Part shown: positions 9,404 to 19,260 of the stretch, piece after piece
Numbering within the stretch: the stretch's first letter is position 1
Layout: the number at the start of each line of letters is the position of its first letter
Source of the DNA: a bacterium
GTDB taxonomy: Bacteria > RBG-13-61-14 > DATKZS01
Direction: 5' to 3'
Assembly (NCBI GenBank): GCA_963674965.2
Contig: CAXXFL010000001.1
Coordinates: 704,001 to 768,000, forward strand
Length of the DNA stretch: 64,000 nt
The notes under the pieces: model-generated
The model's database searches: none
What the model saw: the letters and a program-made list of their open reading frames with translations, nothing else
Told to the model about the DNA's origin: nothing
Position numbers and translations under genes: made by a program

Positions 9404-10588
9404 TCAGTCGTGCTCTCCTCTTTGGATTTCCCCTATGGTATCGAAGATGGCCTCGACGTTCGCCTGGGCCATGGTGCATTGTATCTCGTGGCTGGTTCCC
9501 AGTACGTGGCCGCCGCCTCGGCCTCCGGTTTGGTAGTTCGCGATTATCTCGGCGCGAAGTTCCTCGGGCGTCATGAATTCACCGCGCTGGACGTCGATGC
9601 CGGTAATAAAGGTCAGCTTGTCCCCGTACTCGGCGTGGGCCTTCTTGAAATCGTTTCCCGCCTTGGTCTGGAATGAATGGAGCATGTCCAGGCCGGCCTC
9701 CACGTAATGCTCGAGAAAGGGCCCCTGGTAGCCGCAGGAATGAAGACAGGCCAGGGCCCCCTCTTCATGAGCCGCGTCGATCAGCCGCTTTAAGTTCGGA
9801 TAGGTGAATTCCTTCCACATCTTCATCGAGATAAGGGGACGGTTGTCGTATCCATAGTCGTCCTCGATGAACACCACGTCCGCGCCGGCGCGAACGCTCC
9901 TTTTCGCCACCTCGACGTGGAAGTCGGTCCAGCGTCTCATGAACTCCAGCATCTCCTCGGGGTAGTCGATAAGGAAGGTCATGAACCTCTCCATACCGAA
10001 AAGGGACGTGGCCGTGAAATCCTGGCTGCCCCAAACCTCGGCCGCCACGCTCGCGTGGGGGTAGGATTTTCTGTAGTTCCTGAAGATCGAGAAATGGGCC
10101 TCCTTTAAAGGACTCGGGAAGCGGTAGTCGTTCGCGTCCCGGATGGTCTTGATGGCCGGCTCGACCATGTCCGGATAGATGCCGCTCCCCAGGGCGCGGG
10201 TCGCGCCGTAAAGGTCCCGCATGTGAATCCGGCCGCCGCGGCGGAAGAAAGTGGCGTAGCGCCAGGGCGTGGCAAAGGAGGCCAGCACCATGTCGGCCCC
10301 CAGCTCGAGGGAATAGGCGTTGGCCCAGTTAAAGGTGTGCACGTCGAAAAGAAGAGGGGCCAGCCTCCATATCTCGGCCGCGTTTTGCTCGCCGCCTTTT
10401 TTGTATCGGTCCCAGAAAAGCCGGGCCAGGGCGTTCCAGTGAGCGCGCGCCGCGGGCTTATACTCCGCCATAAGACGGCAGCCGGTATGGGCGTTGATCC
10501 AGACGAAGACGGGTACCCGGTCAACCGGGGCCCCCCTGGCCGTGAAGTGTATCCTCTCCCTGGAGGTCATGGAGCCGCTATTCGTCAT
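9404..10588 (-). CDS. Uroporphyrinogen decarboxylase (URO-D/MtaA-like) family protein
   Basis: MTSRERI..DRVPV, EDDYG, LHSCG, FITGIDVQ. Confidence 0.85.
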   Translation of the reverse strand: MTNSGSMTSRERIHFTARGAPVDRVPVFVWINAHTGCRLMAEYKPAARAHWNALARLFWDRYKKGGEQNAAEIWRLAPLLFDVHTFNWANAYSLELGADMVLASFATPWRYATFFRRGGRIHMRDLYGATRALGSGIYPDMVEPAIKTIRDANDYRFPSPLKEAHFSIFRNYRKSYPHASVAAEVWGSQDFTATSLFGMERFMTFLIDYPEEMLEFMRRWTDFHVEVAKRSVRAGADVVFIEDDYGYDNRPLISMKMWKEFTYPNLKRLIDAAHEEGALACLHSCGYQGPFLEHYVEAGLDMLHSFQTKAGNDFKKAHAEYGDKLTFITGIDVQRGEFMTPEELRAEIIANYQTGGRGGGHVLGTSHEIQCTMAQANVEAIFDTIGEIQRGEHD

Positions 10589-10815
10589 TTATAGTACCTC
10601 CCGCGTTGATGGGTGCTATTATAATCGTTAATGAAATAGCAATGAAAGTATCGAGAAGCGGCCAGGTTGCGCTTCCATTATAAACGGGTGAAAATGGTCG
10701 TATAATATTTTTACCGCCAACGCGCGGCGGTATCATCTCATAGAAATTTATTTCGACGTTCGCGAGGCGGGCCGCCCTCCCGATTAATGACAAGATAGGT
10801 CAATAAATTCAGCTT

Positions 10816-11460
10816 ATGCCCGATAAATTCAAAGAAGTCTTCGACGTGAGCGTGACGCTCGGCGGGGGATCGGTCGATTACCCCGGCGATACTCCTTACG
10901 CGAGAAAGTCCCTTTGCGAGATAGGCCGGGACTGTCCTTATTCTCTTTCCAGCCTGACCATGAGCGCTCACTCGGGGACCCATATCGACGCCCCGTCCCA
11001 CTTCATCGAGAAGGGCAAGACCATCGACGAATACGAAGCCGGGGATTTCATGTTGCCCGCCCTGGTCGTCGACGCTCGGGGCAAAAGTGCGGTCACGCCG
11101 GAGACCCTGGCCGACGTAACGGTCCCTCCGGGATGGGCGCTTCTTTTCAAGACGGACAATTCCGAAAGCGGCTTGTGCCGGGGCGGGGTTTTCTCCGAGA
11201 ACTACGCGTTTATATCGCCCGCGGCCGCCCGGGCCTGCGTTGCGAAAAGGGCCGCCCTGGTGGGCCTGGATTATCTCACCATCGAAGAGCACGGCCGGGA
11301 GGATTTCGAGTCTCATCGGACGCTCTTGTCCGCGGGCGTCTTGATCCTGGAGGGCCTCGATCTAAGCGGCGTCTCTCCGGGAGAATATTCACTTATTTGT
11401 CCGCCTCTCAAACTGGGAGGCGCCGAGGCCGCGCCGGTACGGGCGGTCTTGATAAGGTAG
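10816..11460 (+). CDS. Cyclase / kynurenine formamidase family metallohydrolase
   Basis: HSGTHIDAPSH, GLDYL, ILEGL, EAAPVRA. Confidence 0.9.
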   Translation: MPDKFKEVFDVSVTLGGGSVDYPGDTPYARKSLCEIGRDCPYSLSSLTMSAHSGTHIDAPSHFIEKGKTIDEYEAGDFMLPALVVDARGKSAVTPETLADVTVPPGWALLFKTDNSESGLCRGGVFSENYAFISPAAARACVAKRAALVGLDYLTIEEHGREDFESHRTLLSAGVLILEGLDLSGVSPGEYSLICPPLKLGGAEAAPVRAVLIR

Positions 11461-11469
11461 GACAAGGTC

Positions 11470-13857
11470 ATGAGTTACGACCACTATTACCAGTCCGTCT
11501 TGGAGAGCATGAACGAGCAGGTGTACGTTCGCGACCTGGACATGAACATCCTTTATATAAACCCGGCCGCCGAGAGGCTTACGGGCTGGTCCCTGTCCGA
11601 GGCCTTGAAAAAAAAATGTTATGAGGTTTTTGGAGACGAGGACCTTGTATGCAAAGCCGTGTGCCCGGTTGAAAAGGCCCTTTCCGACAAATGTGGCATG
11701 ATGCATCATGAGGGTGAATTAAAAAGCCGCTCGGGGAGACTCCATAAAATGCGCGTATCCATCGCGCCCTTTCGCGAGGAAGGCAAGGCCGGCGGCGCGG
11801 TGATTGTCCTCCAGGACGTCACCGACTTGAAGAACCTCGAGGAAACCCACGTCAAGACCCTGATCAAGCTGGAAAAGGAAATCGAGGCCGGCAAAAAGAA
11901 GGAACTCGAATTGAGGCGGGCCCAGGCAGTGGCCCGGGTAGGCAGTTGGCGACTTGACTTCGGAAGCAACGTCCTTACCTGGAGCGAGGAAACCTCCAGG
12001 ATGTTCGGCGTGGAGCCGGGGTCCCGTTTGAACTTGAGCGATTTTATCGAGTTGGTCCACCCCGAGGACCGGGAGCGGATGCAAGCCGCCTGGCGGGCCG
12101 CCCTTAAGGGCGAGGTCTACGAAACCGAGCACCGCGTCCTGGGTTTCGACCAGGAAATCTGGGTCCAGGAAAGGGCGGAAATATTCTTTAACGAAAAGGG
12201 CGAGCCGGTCGAGGCGGTGGGAACGGTATTCGACGTTACCCAACGAAAGCAGCTCGAGACCCTGCTCCAGTCCGAGAGTGACATGGCCTCGGCATGGAGT
12301 AAGAGTGGTTCCTTTTCGGAAAGGATGGAAATATGCCTTGTGGCCGCCATCCAGGCCTCGGGCATGGACTGCGGCGGCTTCTACCTTATCGATGAGAGCG
12401 ACCAAAGCCTCTCGCTCAAAGTGCACCGCGGCGTATCGGAGGAGTTTCTCAAGCGGGCCTCCCGTTTCCCCGCCGACTCGAACAACGCAAGGCTCGTGCG
12501 GCGAGGCGAGCCGGTTTACGCGCTTCACAGCGAGCTTCTTCTCCGGAAAGACGACCTCAACGTAAAGGAGGGCTTCAAGGCGGTCGCGATCGTTCCGCTC
12601 CTGTGCCAGGGCCGGACGTTGGGATGTCTGAACCTCGCCTCCCGCTCCATGAGCGCCGTGCCCGGCCACGTTCGCGCGGCCCTCGAGGGGATTGCCCGTT
12701 ACGCCGGCTCCTTCGTGGCCCAGGAGATCGAGGAGGAAAAAAGCCGCCAAAGCCACCGCGACCTGGAGGAGCTGTTCAACACCATCGAGGACATGCTGTT
12801 TATCCTCGACATGGAGGGCAATATTTTAGGGCATAACCGCATCGTGAGCGGACGCCTCGAATACGGCCAGGATGAACTGACGGGCCGTCACGTTCTGGCC
12901 GTTCACCCGGAGGACCGCCATGATGAGGCCCGGAGGGTAATCGCCGCCATGCTGGCGGGAAAGTCGGATATCTGCATGATCCCGCTCATCGCCAAAAGCG
13001 GACGCCTGATTCCCGTGGAAACCAAAGTCAAGCTCGGCCGCTGGGCCGGAAAGGAAGTCATCTTCGGGACCAGCCGGGACATTTCCGAGCGTCTTAAACT
13101 CGAGGCCGACCGCCTTGCCCTCGAGCGTCGCCTTCAGCAGATCGAGAAAGCGGAGAGCCTCTCCCGCATGGCGGGGGCCGTTGCCCACAACTTCAACAAC
13201 ATGATGATGGTGGTTGCCGGAAATCTCGAGATGGCTCAGATGGCGCTGCCTCCCGAATCCAAGGCGGCCGGCGAGATCGAGGAAGCCAGGAAGGCCGCGA
13301 GAAAGGCGTCGGAAACGAGCCGCCTCATGCTGACCTTTCTGGGCCAATCGTCCCGCCAGACCGAAATTCTGGACCTTTCGGAAACATGCCGAAAATGTCT
13401 GATCGAGGCCCGGGCCTCCTTGCCGGAAGGCATGGAACTGGAAGCGGACCTGCCCTCGCCCGGCCCCAGGATCACGGCCGATCCCACGCAGATTTGTCAA
13501 CTTATCTCCAATCTGGTCACGAACGCCTTCGAGTCCATGGAGGATTGTCCCGGCACGGCGCGTGTGACGGTCAATGAGGCCGAGGCGTCTGAGGTCCCCT
13601 CCCAGCGCCGTTTTCCTAAGGACTGGGCGCCCTCGGAAAAGCGCTACGCTCGCGTGTCGGTGTCCGACCGGGGTCGCGGGATGCAGGAGGAGATTATTGA
13701 CAGTATCTTCGATCCTTATTTCAGCGAAAAGTTCACGGGCAGGGGACTGGGGCTGGCCGTGGCGCTTGGAATAGCCAAGTCCTGCGACGGTTGCGTCACC
13801 GTGGACACAAAACCGGGGAAGGGAAGTCTGTTTCAGGTATTTGTGCCGCTCGCGTAA
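11470..13857 (+). CDS. PAS/GAF sensor histidine kinase
   Basis: PAS-PAS-GAF-PAS; H-box AHNFNN; N-box NLVTNA; DRGRGM; FDPYFSEK; GRGLGL. Confidence 0.92.
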   Translation: MSYDHYYQSVLESMNEQVYVRDLDMNILYINPAAERLTGWSLSEALKKKCYEVFGDEDLVCKAVCPVEKALSDKCGMMHHEGELKSRSGRLHKMRVSIAPFREEGKAGGAVIVLQDVTDLKNLEETHVKTLIKLEKEIEAGKKKELELRRAQAVARVGSWRLDFGSNVLTWSEETSRMFGVEPGSRLNLSDFIELVHPEDRERMQAAWRAALKGEVYETEHRVLGFDQEIWVQERAEIFFNEKGEPVEAVGTVFDVTQRKQLETLLQSESDMASAWSKSGSFSERMEICLVAAIQASGMDCGGFYLIDESDQSLSLKVHRGVSEEFLKRASRFPADSNNARLVRRGEPVYALHSELLLRKDDLNVKEGFKAVAIVPLLCQGRTLGCLNLASRSMSAVPGHVRAALEGIARYAGSFVAQEIEEEKSRQSHRDLEELFNTIEDMLFILDMEGNILGHNRIVSGRLEYGQDELTGRHVLAVHPEDRHDEARRVIAAMLAGKSDICMIPLIAKSGRLIPVETKVKLGRWAGKEVIFGTSRDISERLKLEADRLALERRLQQIEKAESLSRMAGAVAHNFNNMMMVVAGNLEMAQMALPPESKAAGEIEEARKAARKASETSRLMLTFLGQSSRQTEILDLSETCRKCLIEARASLPEGMELEADLPSPGPRITADPTQICQLISNLVTNAFESMEDCPGTARVTVNEAEASEVPSQRRFPKDWAPSEKRYARVSVSDRGRGMQEEIIDSIFDPYFSEKFTGRGLGLAVALGIAKSCDGCVTVDTKPGKGSLFQVFVPLA

Positions 13858-13943
13858 ACGGAGTTTATATTGGACGCGGTCACGCGCTAAAATGTGGATA
13901 CGACCTGGGCGCGTCGGCGCCTTTTCTTTTTCGGGGGGAGCAA

Positions 13944-14924
13944 ATGGACCATTACGGAAACATCGGAGTATTATTGGACGTTCCCGGCGTCAAGGTCGGG
14001 CATAAGACCGACGAGAGGGGCGGCACGGGAACGACGGTCATAATATTCGAGAAGGGGGCGACGGGTGGCGTGGACGTCCGGGGCATGGCCTCGGGCAGCC
14101 GGGAGACCCCGGCCCTCGATCCTCTTCACGTGACTTCCTCCTGCCACGCCCTCTGCCTCTCGGGTGGAAGCGCCTTTGGCCTGGCCGCGGCCGACGGGGT
14201 AATGAAATACCTGGCGGAAAGGAACATCGGCTACTTCGCCAGGGTGGCGGTGGTTCCCATCGTTCCGGCGGCCATCATCTTCGACCTTTCCTTCAAGGAC
14301 GTCAACGCCCGGCCCGACTCCTCCTTTGGCTACGAGGCCTGCCTGGACGCGGAGAAGGGCGAGACCAGCATGGGCTCGGTGGGAGCGGGCACGGGGGCCA
14401 CGGCGGGCAAGATTTTCGGGGTCCCCAACGCCACCAAGGCGGGCGTGGGAGAGGCCTCCATTACCACGCGGGACGGCGTCACCGTGGCAGCCCTGGCCGT
14501 GGTCAACAACCTGGGCGACGTGCTCGATCACGCAACGGGAGAGATAATCGCCGGGACCCGCGACCCGAAGACGGGCCGGTTCGTGGACACGGCGAAGACC
14601 CTGGCGGGCATGGCCGACTTCACGCCGCCCATGAGCGAGAACACCAACCTAATCGCGGTGGTCACCGACGCGGCCCTGGACAAGGCGGGCGCCAACAAGC
14701 TGGCCCGCATGGCCTCGGCGGGCATGGCCAGGACCCTCAGGCCCGCCCACTCGACCTTTGACGGCGACATGGTCTTCGCCTTTTCCTACGGCCAAAAAAA
14801 GTCCGACGTCAACCGGCTGGGGATCATCGCGGCGGACGCCGTAGCCATGGCGATCAACAGGGCCGTCATCGAGGCCGACGGACTGGGCGTTATTCCCGCT
14901 TATAAAGACCTGAAGAAAAATTGA
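13944..14924 (+). CDS. P1 / DmpA family peptidase (S58)
   Basis: DVPGVKVGH, GVDVRG, LSGGSAFGL, GSVGAGTGA, NTNL, HSTFDGD. Confidence 0.9.
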   Translation: MDHYGNIGVLLDVPGVKVGHKTDERGGTGTTVIIFEKGATGGVDVRGMASGSRETPALDPLHVTSSCHALCLSGGSAFGLAAADGVMKYLAERNIGYFARVAVVPIVPAAIIFDLSFKDVNARPDSSFGYEACLDAEKGETSMGSVGAGTGATAGKIFGVPNATKAGVGEASITTRDGVTVAALAVVNNLGDVLDHATGEIIAGTRDPKTGRFVDTAKTLAGMADFTPPMSENTNLIAVVTDAALDKAGANKLARMASAGMARTLRPAHSTFDGDMVFAFSYGQKKSDVNRLGIIAADAVAMAINRAVIEADGLGVIPAYKDLKKN

Positions 14925-14952
14925 GAATCCGGGCCCGGACGCGGGCCGCGAA

Positions 14953-15393
14953 TCAATTGGTGGATTTTCCCGCGGGAACGTATCCCAAACGGCGGGCGTT
15001 GGCCAGGTGCTCCTTGGACCTGATGGGGTCGTCCAGACGCTTGTAAACGACGGCAAGGTTGTAATGGGCCACGGCGTAATCCGGGTCGATCTCGAGGGCG
15101 GTCTTGAACATTTTTTCGGCCTTGGCGTATTCTTTTCTTCCCGCGTGAATCACTCCCTGGTTTTGATAGGCCACGGCCATGAAGTGCTCCATGTCCTTGA
15201 TCTGGATTTTCAGAAGCTTGATTATGTTCGTCCACTCCTTATAGGAGTCCTTGCCCGCCTCGAACTTGGCCTGGGCCGCCTCGAACTGCTTGACAGCGAA
15301 CCCGACCTTGTCGCCAAGCTCCTGGACGCGCATGGCCTTGCGGGTCACGTCCACGCGGCCCAGGGTTGCCTTCTTTTTTATCTCTTCACTCAT
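14953..15393 (-). CDS. Tetratricopeptide repeat protein
   Basis: AYQNQG..ALEIDPDYAVAHYNLA TPR motifs. Confidence 0.85.
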   Translation of the reverse strand: MSEEIKKKATLGRVDVTRKAMRVQELGDKVGFAVKQFEAAQAKFEAGKDSYKEWTNIIKLLKIQIKDMEHFMAVAYQNQGVIHAGRKEYAKAEKMFKTALEIDPDYAVAHYNLAVVYKRLDDPIRSKEHLANARRLGYVPAGKSTN

Positions 15394-15420
15394 CTGACGC
15401 GTTTTCTCCGCCGGACCGGA

Positions 15421-17136
15421 TCATGCCGCCGGTCCTCTTTCCCGGGTCCTTTTTTCCTCGGCCCAGGCGGTCATGGCCATGTCCGCGTATTTGATCGACT
15501 GCTCGTGGTCTCCCATTCCCGCGTGAATCGAGCTGAGCCGGGCGAACATCTCTCCCATGGCGTCCTTGTCCTCGATCTCCTCGCTCTCGTAGCCGCGAAG
15601 CGCGCCTTGAATCGAGGAAAGGGCCCTGTTCATCTCGCCCAGGGCCTGGTGCGCGATGGACATGTTAAACCAGGCCATGCTCGCGAGGGAGGGATCGTCC
15701 TTTTCCTCGAGCAGCTTGAGGCATTCTCCAAGCGACTCCTTGGCCGCCGGGTAGTCGCCGTTTTCCATCCGGGAAACGCCAAGATAAAAAGCGGCCCTGG
15801 CCCTTAGTTCCCCCTCCTGGCCGGACGCCTCGAGCGCGGCGGCGCAGTCGAGACAGGCATCCTCGGCCTTCTCGGGCTCGCCCGTGTCCAGCCGCGCCTC
15901 GGCCAGCTTGAGACAGGCCCAGGCCAGGTCCGGATGATTTCCTCCCTTGGATTTCTTCATCTCCCCGATGGCGTCCTCGAGGATGGCCGCGGACCTGGCG
16001 GGCATGTTGAACGACCTGTAGAGGTCCGCCAGGTCAATCATGCCCGAGGCGATCATCGAGTCGCCGACCCCGGCGCGGGACATGAGGTCCAGGGCCTTCT
16101 TCATGTCGGAGATGGCCTCGCCGCTCCGGCCGGTCCAGCGGGCCAAACGGGCCGATTCCTGGAGAAGCACGGCCAGGGCCAGGGGTTCCTCCTCGGGTGG
16201 AGGAAGGGTAGAGATGAGGTCAAGTATAAGGGACTCCGCCGCCGGGACCATGGCCAGCCCGACCATGGCGTCCGAAAGGCGCGAGGTGACGACGGCCATC
16301 GAGAGGTAAGGAAGGCACTCATCATTGGCCCGCTCGAGCCGGGATTCCCAGTAGCGCAGTTCCTCCTCCGGGTCTCGGCGGCACTGGTAGAAATCCGCGA
16401 TCCTGTCCGCCACCGCCACTAAAAGCTCGGCGTCGTCCCGCCTCCACGCCAGGTCGAGGGCCTGGTCGAAAAGCTCGATGGCCGCCTCGATATCTCCCAT
16501 CTCCTCCTTGATCTCGCCGCCGTTAAGGAGGCAGGTTATCTTGAAAGGCGCCCCCTCCGGGTTATTTTCGCAGGCCAGTATGGCCCGGTCCATGGCCGCG
16601 TCGGCCTTCTCGAGCCGTCCGTTATCGAAATGATAATTGGCGATCTCGTCCATGGCGTCGGCCAGGTCCTGGGAACTCATCTTCCGAAGCCTTTTTTCCA
16701 GGAGCCTCTCGGCCTCGGAGAACAAGCGCTCCGCTTCCTCGATCCCTCCCTCACGCGAGGTTATCCTGGCCAGCATGACGAGGGCCACAACGGGAAGCGA
16801 CCCCTTCCGGTCCATTTTGGAGAGGAGCCTGAGGCCAGGCTCGAAAAGCGCTCGGCTTTTCTCGTATTCTCCCACCCGGAACATGAAGGCGCCCAGGCTG
16901 GCCCGGGCCCGAGCGTGGACGCGGGCTTCCTTGAGGCCATGGCCGGAAAAAAGTCCAAACAGTCCCTCCCCCTTCTCGAGGGCCTCGTGCAGGTTTCCCA
17001 GCGACTCGGCCTCGAGCACGGAGTTCACGTAGTCCATGACCGCCAGGGAGGAACGCCTGTTCACGCCTTTCCTGATAAAAATATAAGTCAACGCGCCGAG
17101 CGAGACGCCGGCGGCGGCGGCGATAGGCCAGATCAA
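15421..17136 (-). CDS. Membrane-anchored multi-TPR protein
   Basis: N-terminal hydrophobic helix, many TPR-like helices (HPDLAWACLKLA, AWFNMS); TTG start with GGAG RBS. Confidence 0.8.
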   Translation of the reverse strand: MIWPIAAAAGVSLGALTYIFIRKGVNRRSSLAVMDYVNSVLEAESLGNLHEALEKGEGLFGLFSGHGLKEARVHARARASLGAFMFRVGEYEKSRALFEPGLRLLSKMDRKGSLPVVALVMLARITSREGGIEEAERLFSEAERLLEKRLRKMSSQDLADAMDEIANYHFDNGRLEKADAAMDRAILACENNPEGAPFKITCLLNGGEIKEEMGDIEAAIELFDQALDLAWRRDDAELLVAVADRIADFYQCRRDPEEELRYWESRLERANDECLPYLSMAVVTSRLSDAMVGLAMVPAAESLILDLISTLPPPEEEPLALAVLLQESARLARWTGRSGEAISDMKKALDLMSRAGVGDSMIASGMIDLADLYRSFNMPARSAAILEDAIGEMKKSKGGNHPDLAWACLKLAEARLDTGEPEKAEDACLDCAAALEASGQEGELRARAAFYLGVSRMENGDYPAAKESLGECLKLLEEKDDPSLASMAWFNMSIAHQALGEMNRALSSIQGALRGYESEEIEDKDAMGEMFARLSSIHAGMGDHEQSIKYADMAMTAWAEEKRTRERGPAA

Positions 17137-17279
17137 ATTATTATCTCCATCTAGAAATAATTTAACTCAATTTTTCCGGGTTTACATGTCGGCGGTCGAA
17201 TTTAGTCCGACCCAAACGGACGGGAAGCGCCTCGGCGTGGTGAACTCAATAACTATGAAGTACAAAAGGGCAAGTCCGG

Positions 17280-19040
17280 TTATCCGGATTCCTCGAGCAT
17301 GTCCGTCAATTCTATAACGTCTTCATCGATAACTTCCGCCTCGGATACCAGGGCCGCCAGCTCGGGCAACTCGGAGAAGCCGGTCCAGGCGTCCTCATCC
17401 CGCTGCACCTCCTCCTGCCCCGTCAGGTTGCCCGAGTCGAAAAGCTCCCCTATGGTCTCGAGCTTGACGGGCCCCAGTATTAGGCCGTCGGGGTAGCGGA
17501 TGCGGTAGCGCGAGTCCTGAGGCGCCTCCTGGATGGGCTCGAGGTCCTCGATAATCTCCTCCTCATCCGACGCCGGCTCAGTCTCGTCGTCCAGGCTGAA
17601 CTCGGTGCCGACCTCCTCGGGCTCGACCGCGGGCTCCTCCGGCTGGGGGGAAATCTCTTCCATGACCTGTCCGACTTCCTCCTCGTCCTCCTCGAACTCC
17701 ACTCTTTCTTGATCCGCGGACGAGCCGGGAAAATCGATTATGTCCTCCGCTTCATCGTCTTCGCCGCTCAGGTCCGGACCTTCCAGGCCTGGCTCCTCCG
17801 CCTCACCCTCGAGCTCGCCAAGGCCGGCCTGAAATTCCTCGTCGTCCTCGTCGGTGGATTCTTCGGACCCGTCTTCCGAGGTCAAATCGCCCTCATCCTT
17901 TTTCTCGTCCGAGAAGTCAGACGCGGGAAAGTCGATAATATCCTCTTGTTCCTCGTCGTCCTCTTCGGGCGCGGCGGACTCGGTCTCGTCTCCTATTTTT
18001 TCAACATCTTCTTCAAAGGCTTCTGCCTCGGCGGGACCTTCCTCCACCGTCTCATCTTGCCCTTGTTCCTCCTCGCCGATCTCATCTTCAGAGGCATCCT
18101 CCGAGGCCGACGGCTGGAAGTCTATTATCTCATCCTCATGTGGGGTCCCAGCCTCGGAGCGGACGGAGGAAAAATCTATGATCTCATCTTCATCAGGCTC
18201 GGACGGCTCCGGTTCATTGGCAACTGGTTCAGCTTGCGGCTCATCTTCTTGCGTCTCTTCATCGGGAATCGAAGCTTCCTCCTCGAATCCCTCGAGGTCT
18301 TCTCCTACATCCGCGTCCAGACCCGCTTGCTCGCCCGCCTCAGCTAAGTCTTCTCCTCGCTGATCCGGTTCCTCCGGCGGGGGAACGGCCGGCTCCGGAG
18401 GAGCGTCTTCCCCGGCCGGGGCAGGACCGGCTTGCCCGTCATCCTCCTGGCCGAAGGCCGCCATGAACGCCTCGTCCACCTTATCCTCCAGGCCGTCGGT
18501 GTCCATGATCTCCTTGAGAGCGGGAAACATTTCGGCCAGCTCGGGATAACTCATAAGCGGCTTGAAGGGGGAGTCGTCCCTCGATACCTCCTCGACTCCC
18601 TTGACGCGTTTCTCCCGGGCCAGGACCGAGACCGTCCTCAGCTTTATCGGTCCCAGCACCAGGCCGTCGGCGCTGCGTATGGTGTATTTCGAGTCCGAGG
18701 CGTCCTCCGGCTCGGGCTTGGACACGCCGTATTTGTTCTTGATATTGTCAACCAGCGAGTCGATCCTGCATTGGTAGCATATGGGATTTTTCTCCGCGGC
18801 GGGCTTTATGAAATCGTTGCCGCACTTGAGGCAACTAACCTTGACGGTTTCACTTTTCGAGGACGCCGAGCTTAAGGGAACGGGTTTGGGCGTCTCGACG
18901 GACTGGTCCACCAGGATATCCTCGGGAGCTATCCGGATAAGGTTCTGGCACTTTCCGCACTTGAAGGTTACGGGTTTTCCCGGATTCTTCTTGATGGATA
19001 TCTTATACTTGGCTTGGCATTGGTCGCAGTGGACTAGCAT
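17280..19040 (-). CDS. Zinc-ribbon / GYF_2 domain protein with long acidic disordered linker
   Basis: CDQC..CGKC, CLKC..CYQC; two DGLxLGP(I/V)KL GYF_2-like domains; E/D-rich middle. Confidence 0.85.
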   Translation of the reverse strand: MLVHCDQCQAKYKISIKKNPGKPVTFKCGKCQNLIRIAPEDILVDQSVETPKPVPLSSASSKSETVKVSCLKCGNDFIKPAAEKNPICYQCRIDSLVDNIKNKYGVSKPEPEDASDSKYTIRSADGLVLGPIKLRTVSVLAREKRVKGVEEVSRDDSPFKPLMSYPELAEMFPALKEIMDTDGLEDKVDEAFMAAFGQEDDGQAGPAPAGEDAPPEPAVPPPEEPDQRGEDLAEAGEQAGLDADVGEDLEGFEEEASIPDEETQEDEPQAEPVANEPEPSEPDEDEIIDFSSVRSEAGTPHEDEIIDFQPSASEDASEDEIGEEEQGQDETVEEGPAEAEAFEEDVEKIGDETESAAPEEDDEEQEDIIDFPASDFSDEKKDEGDLTSEDGSEESTDEDDEEFQAGLGELEGEAEEPGLEGPDLSGEDDEAEDIIDFPGSSADQERVEFEEDEEEVGQVMEEISPQPEEPAVEPEEVGTEFSLDDETEPASDEEEIIEDLEPIQEAPQDSRYRIRYPDGLILGPVKLETIGELFDSGNLTGQEEVQRDEDAWTGFSELPELAALVSEAEVIDEDVIELTDMLEESG

Positions 19041-19260
19041 GTTATCAAAAGAAACATAGCAAAGCATTTAAGGGATTTCAACTCGGCTCCTATCAAGGGG
19101 AGGTCCTCGGAAGCGATTCGGGTCGGCCGGCCCTCTTACTTTGGACCTCGGCGAGCGCCCGCCTCGGGTCCGATTTTTTGCTATTTCGCTCAATTTATCC
19201 CGCGGGCGTTGAAATAGGTTGATAAAACGTTAATTATTATTAATAATGTAAAGCTGGACC

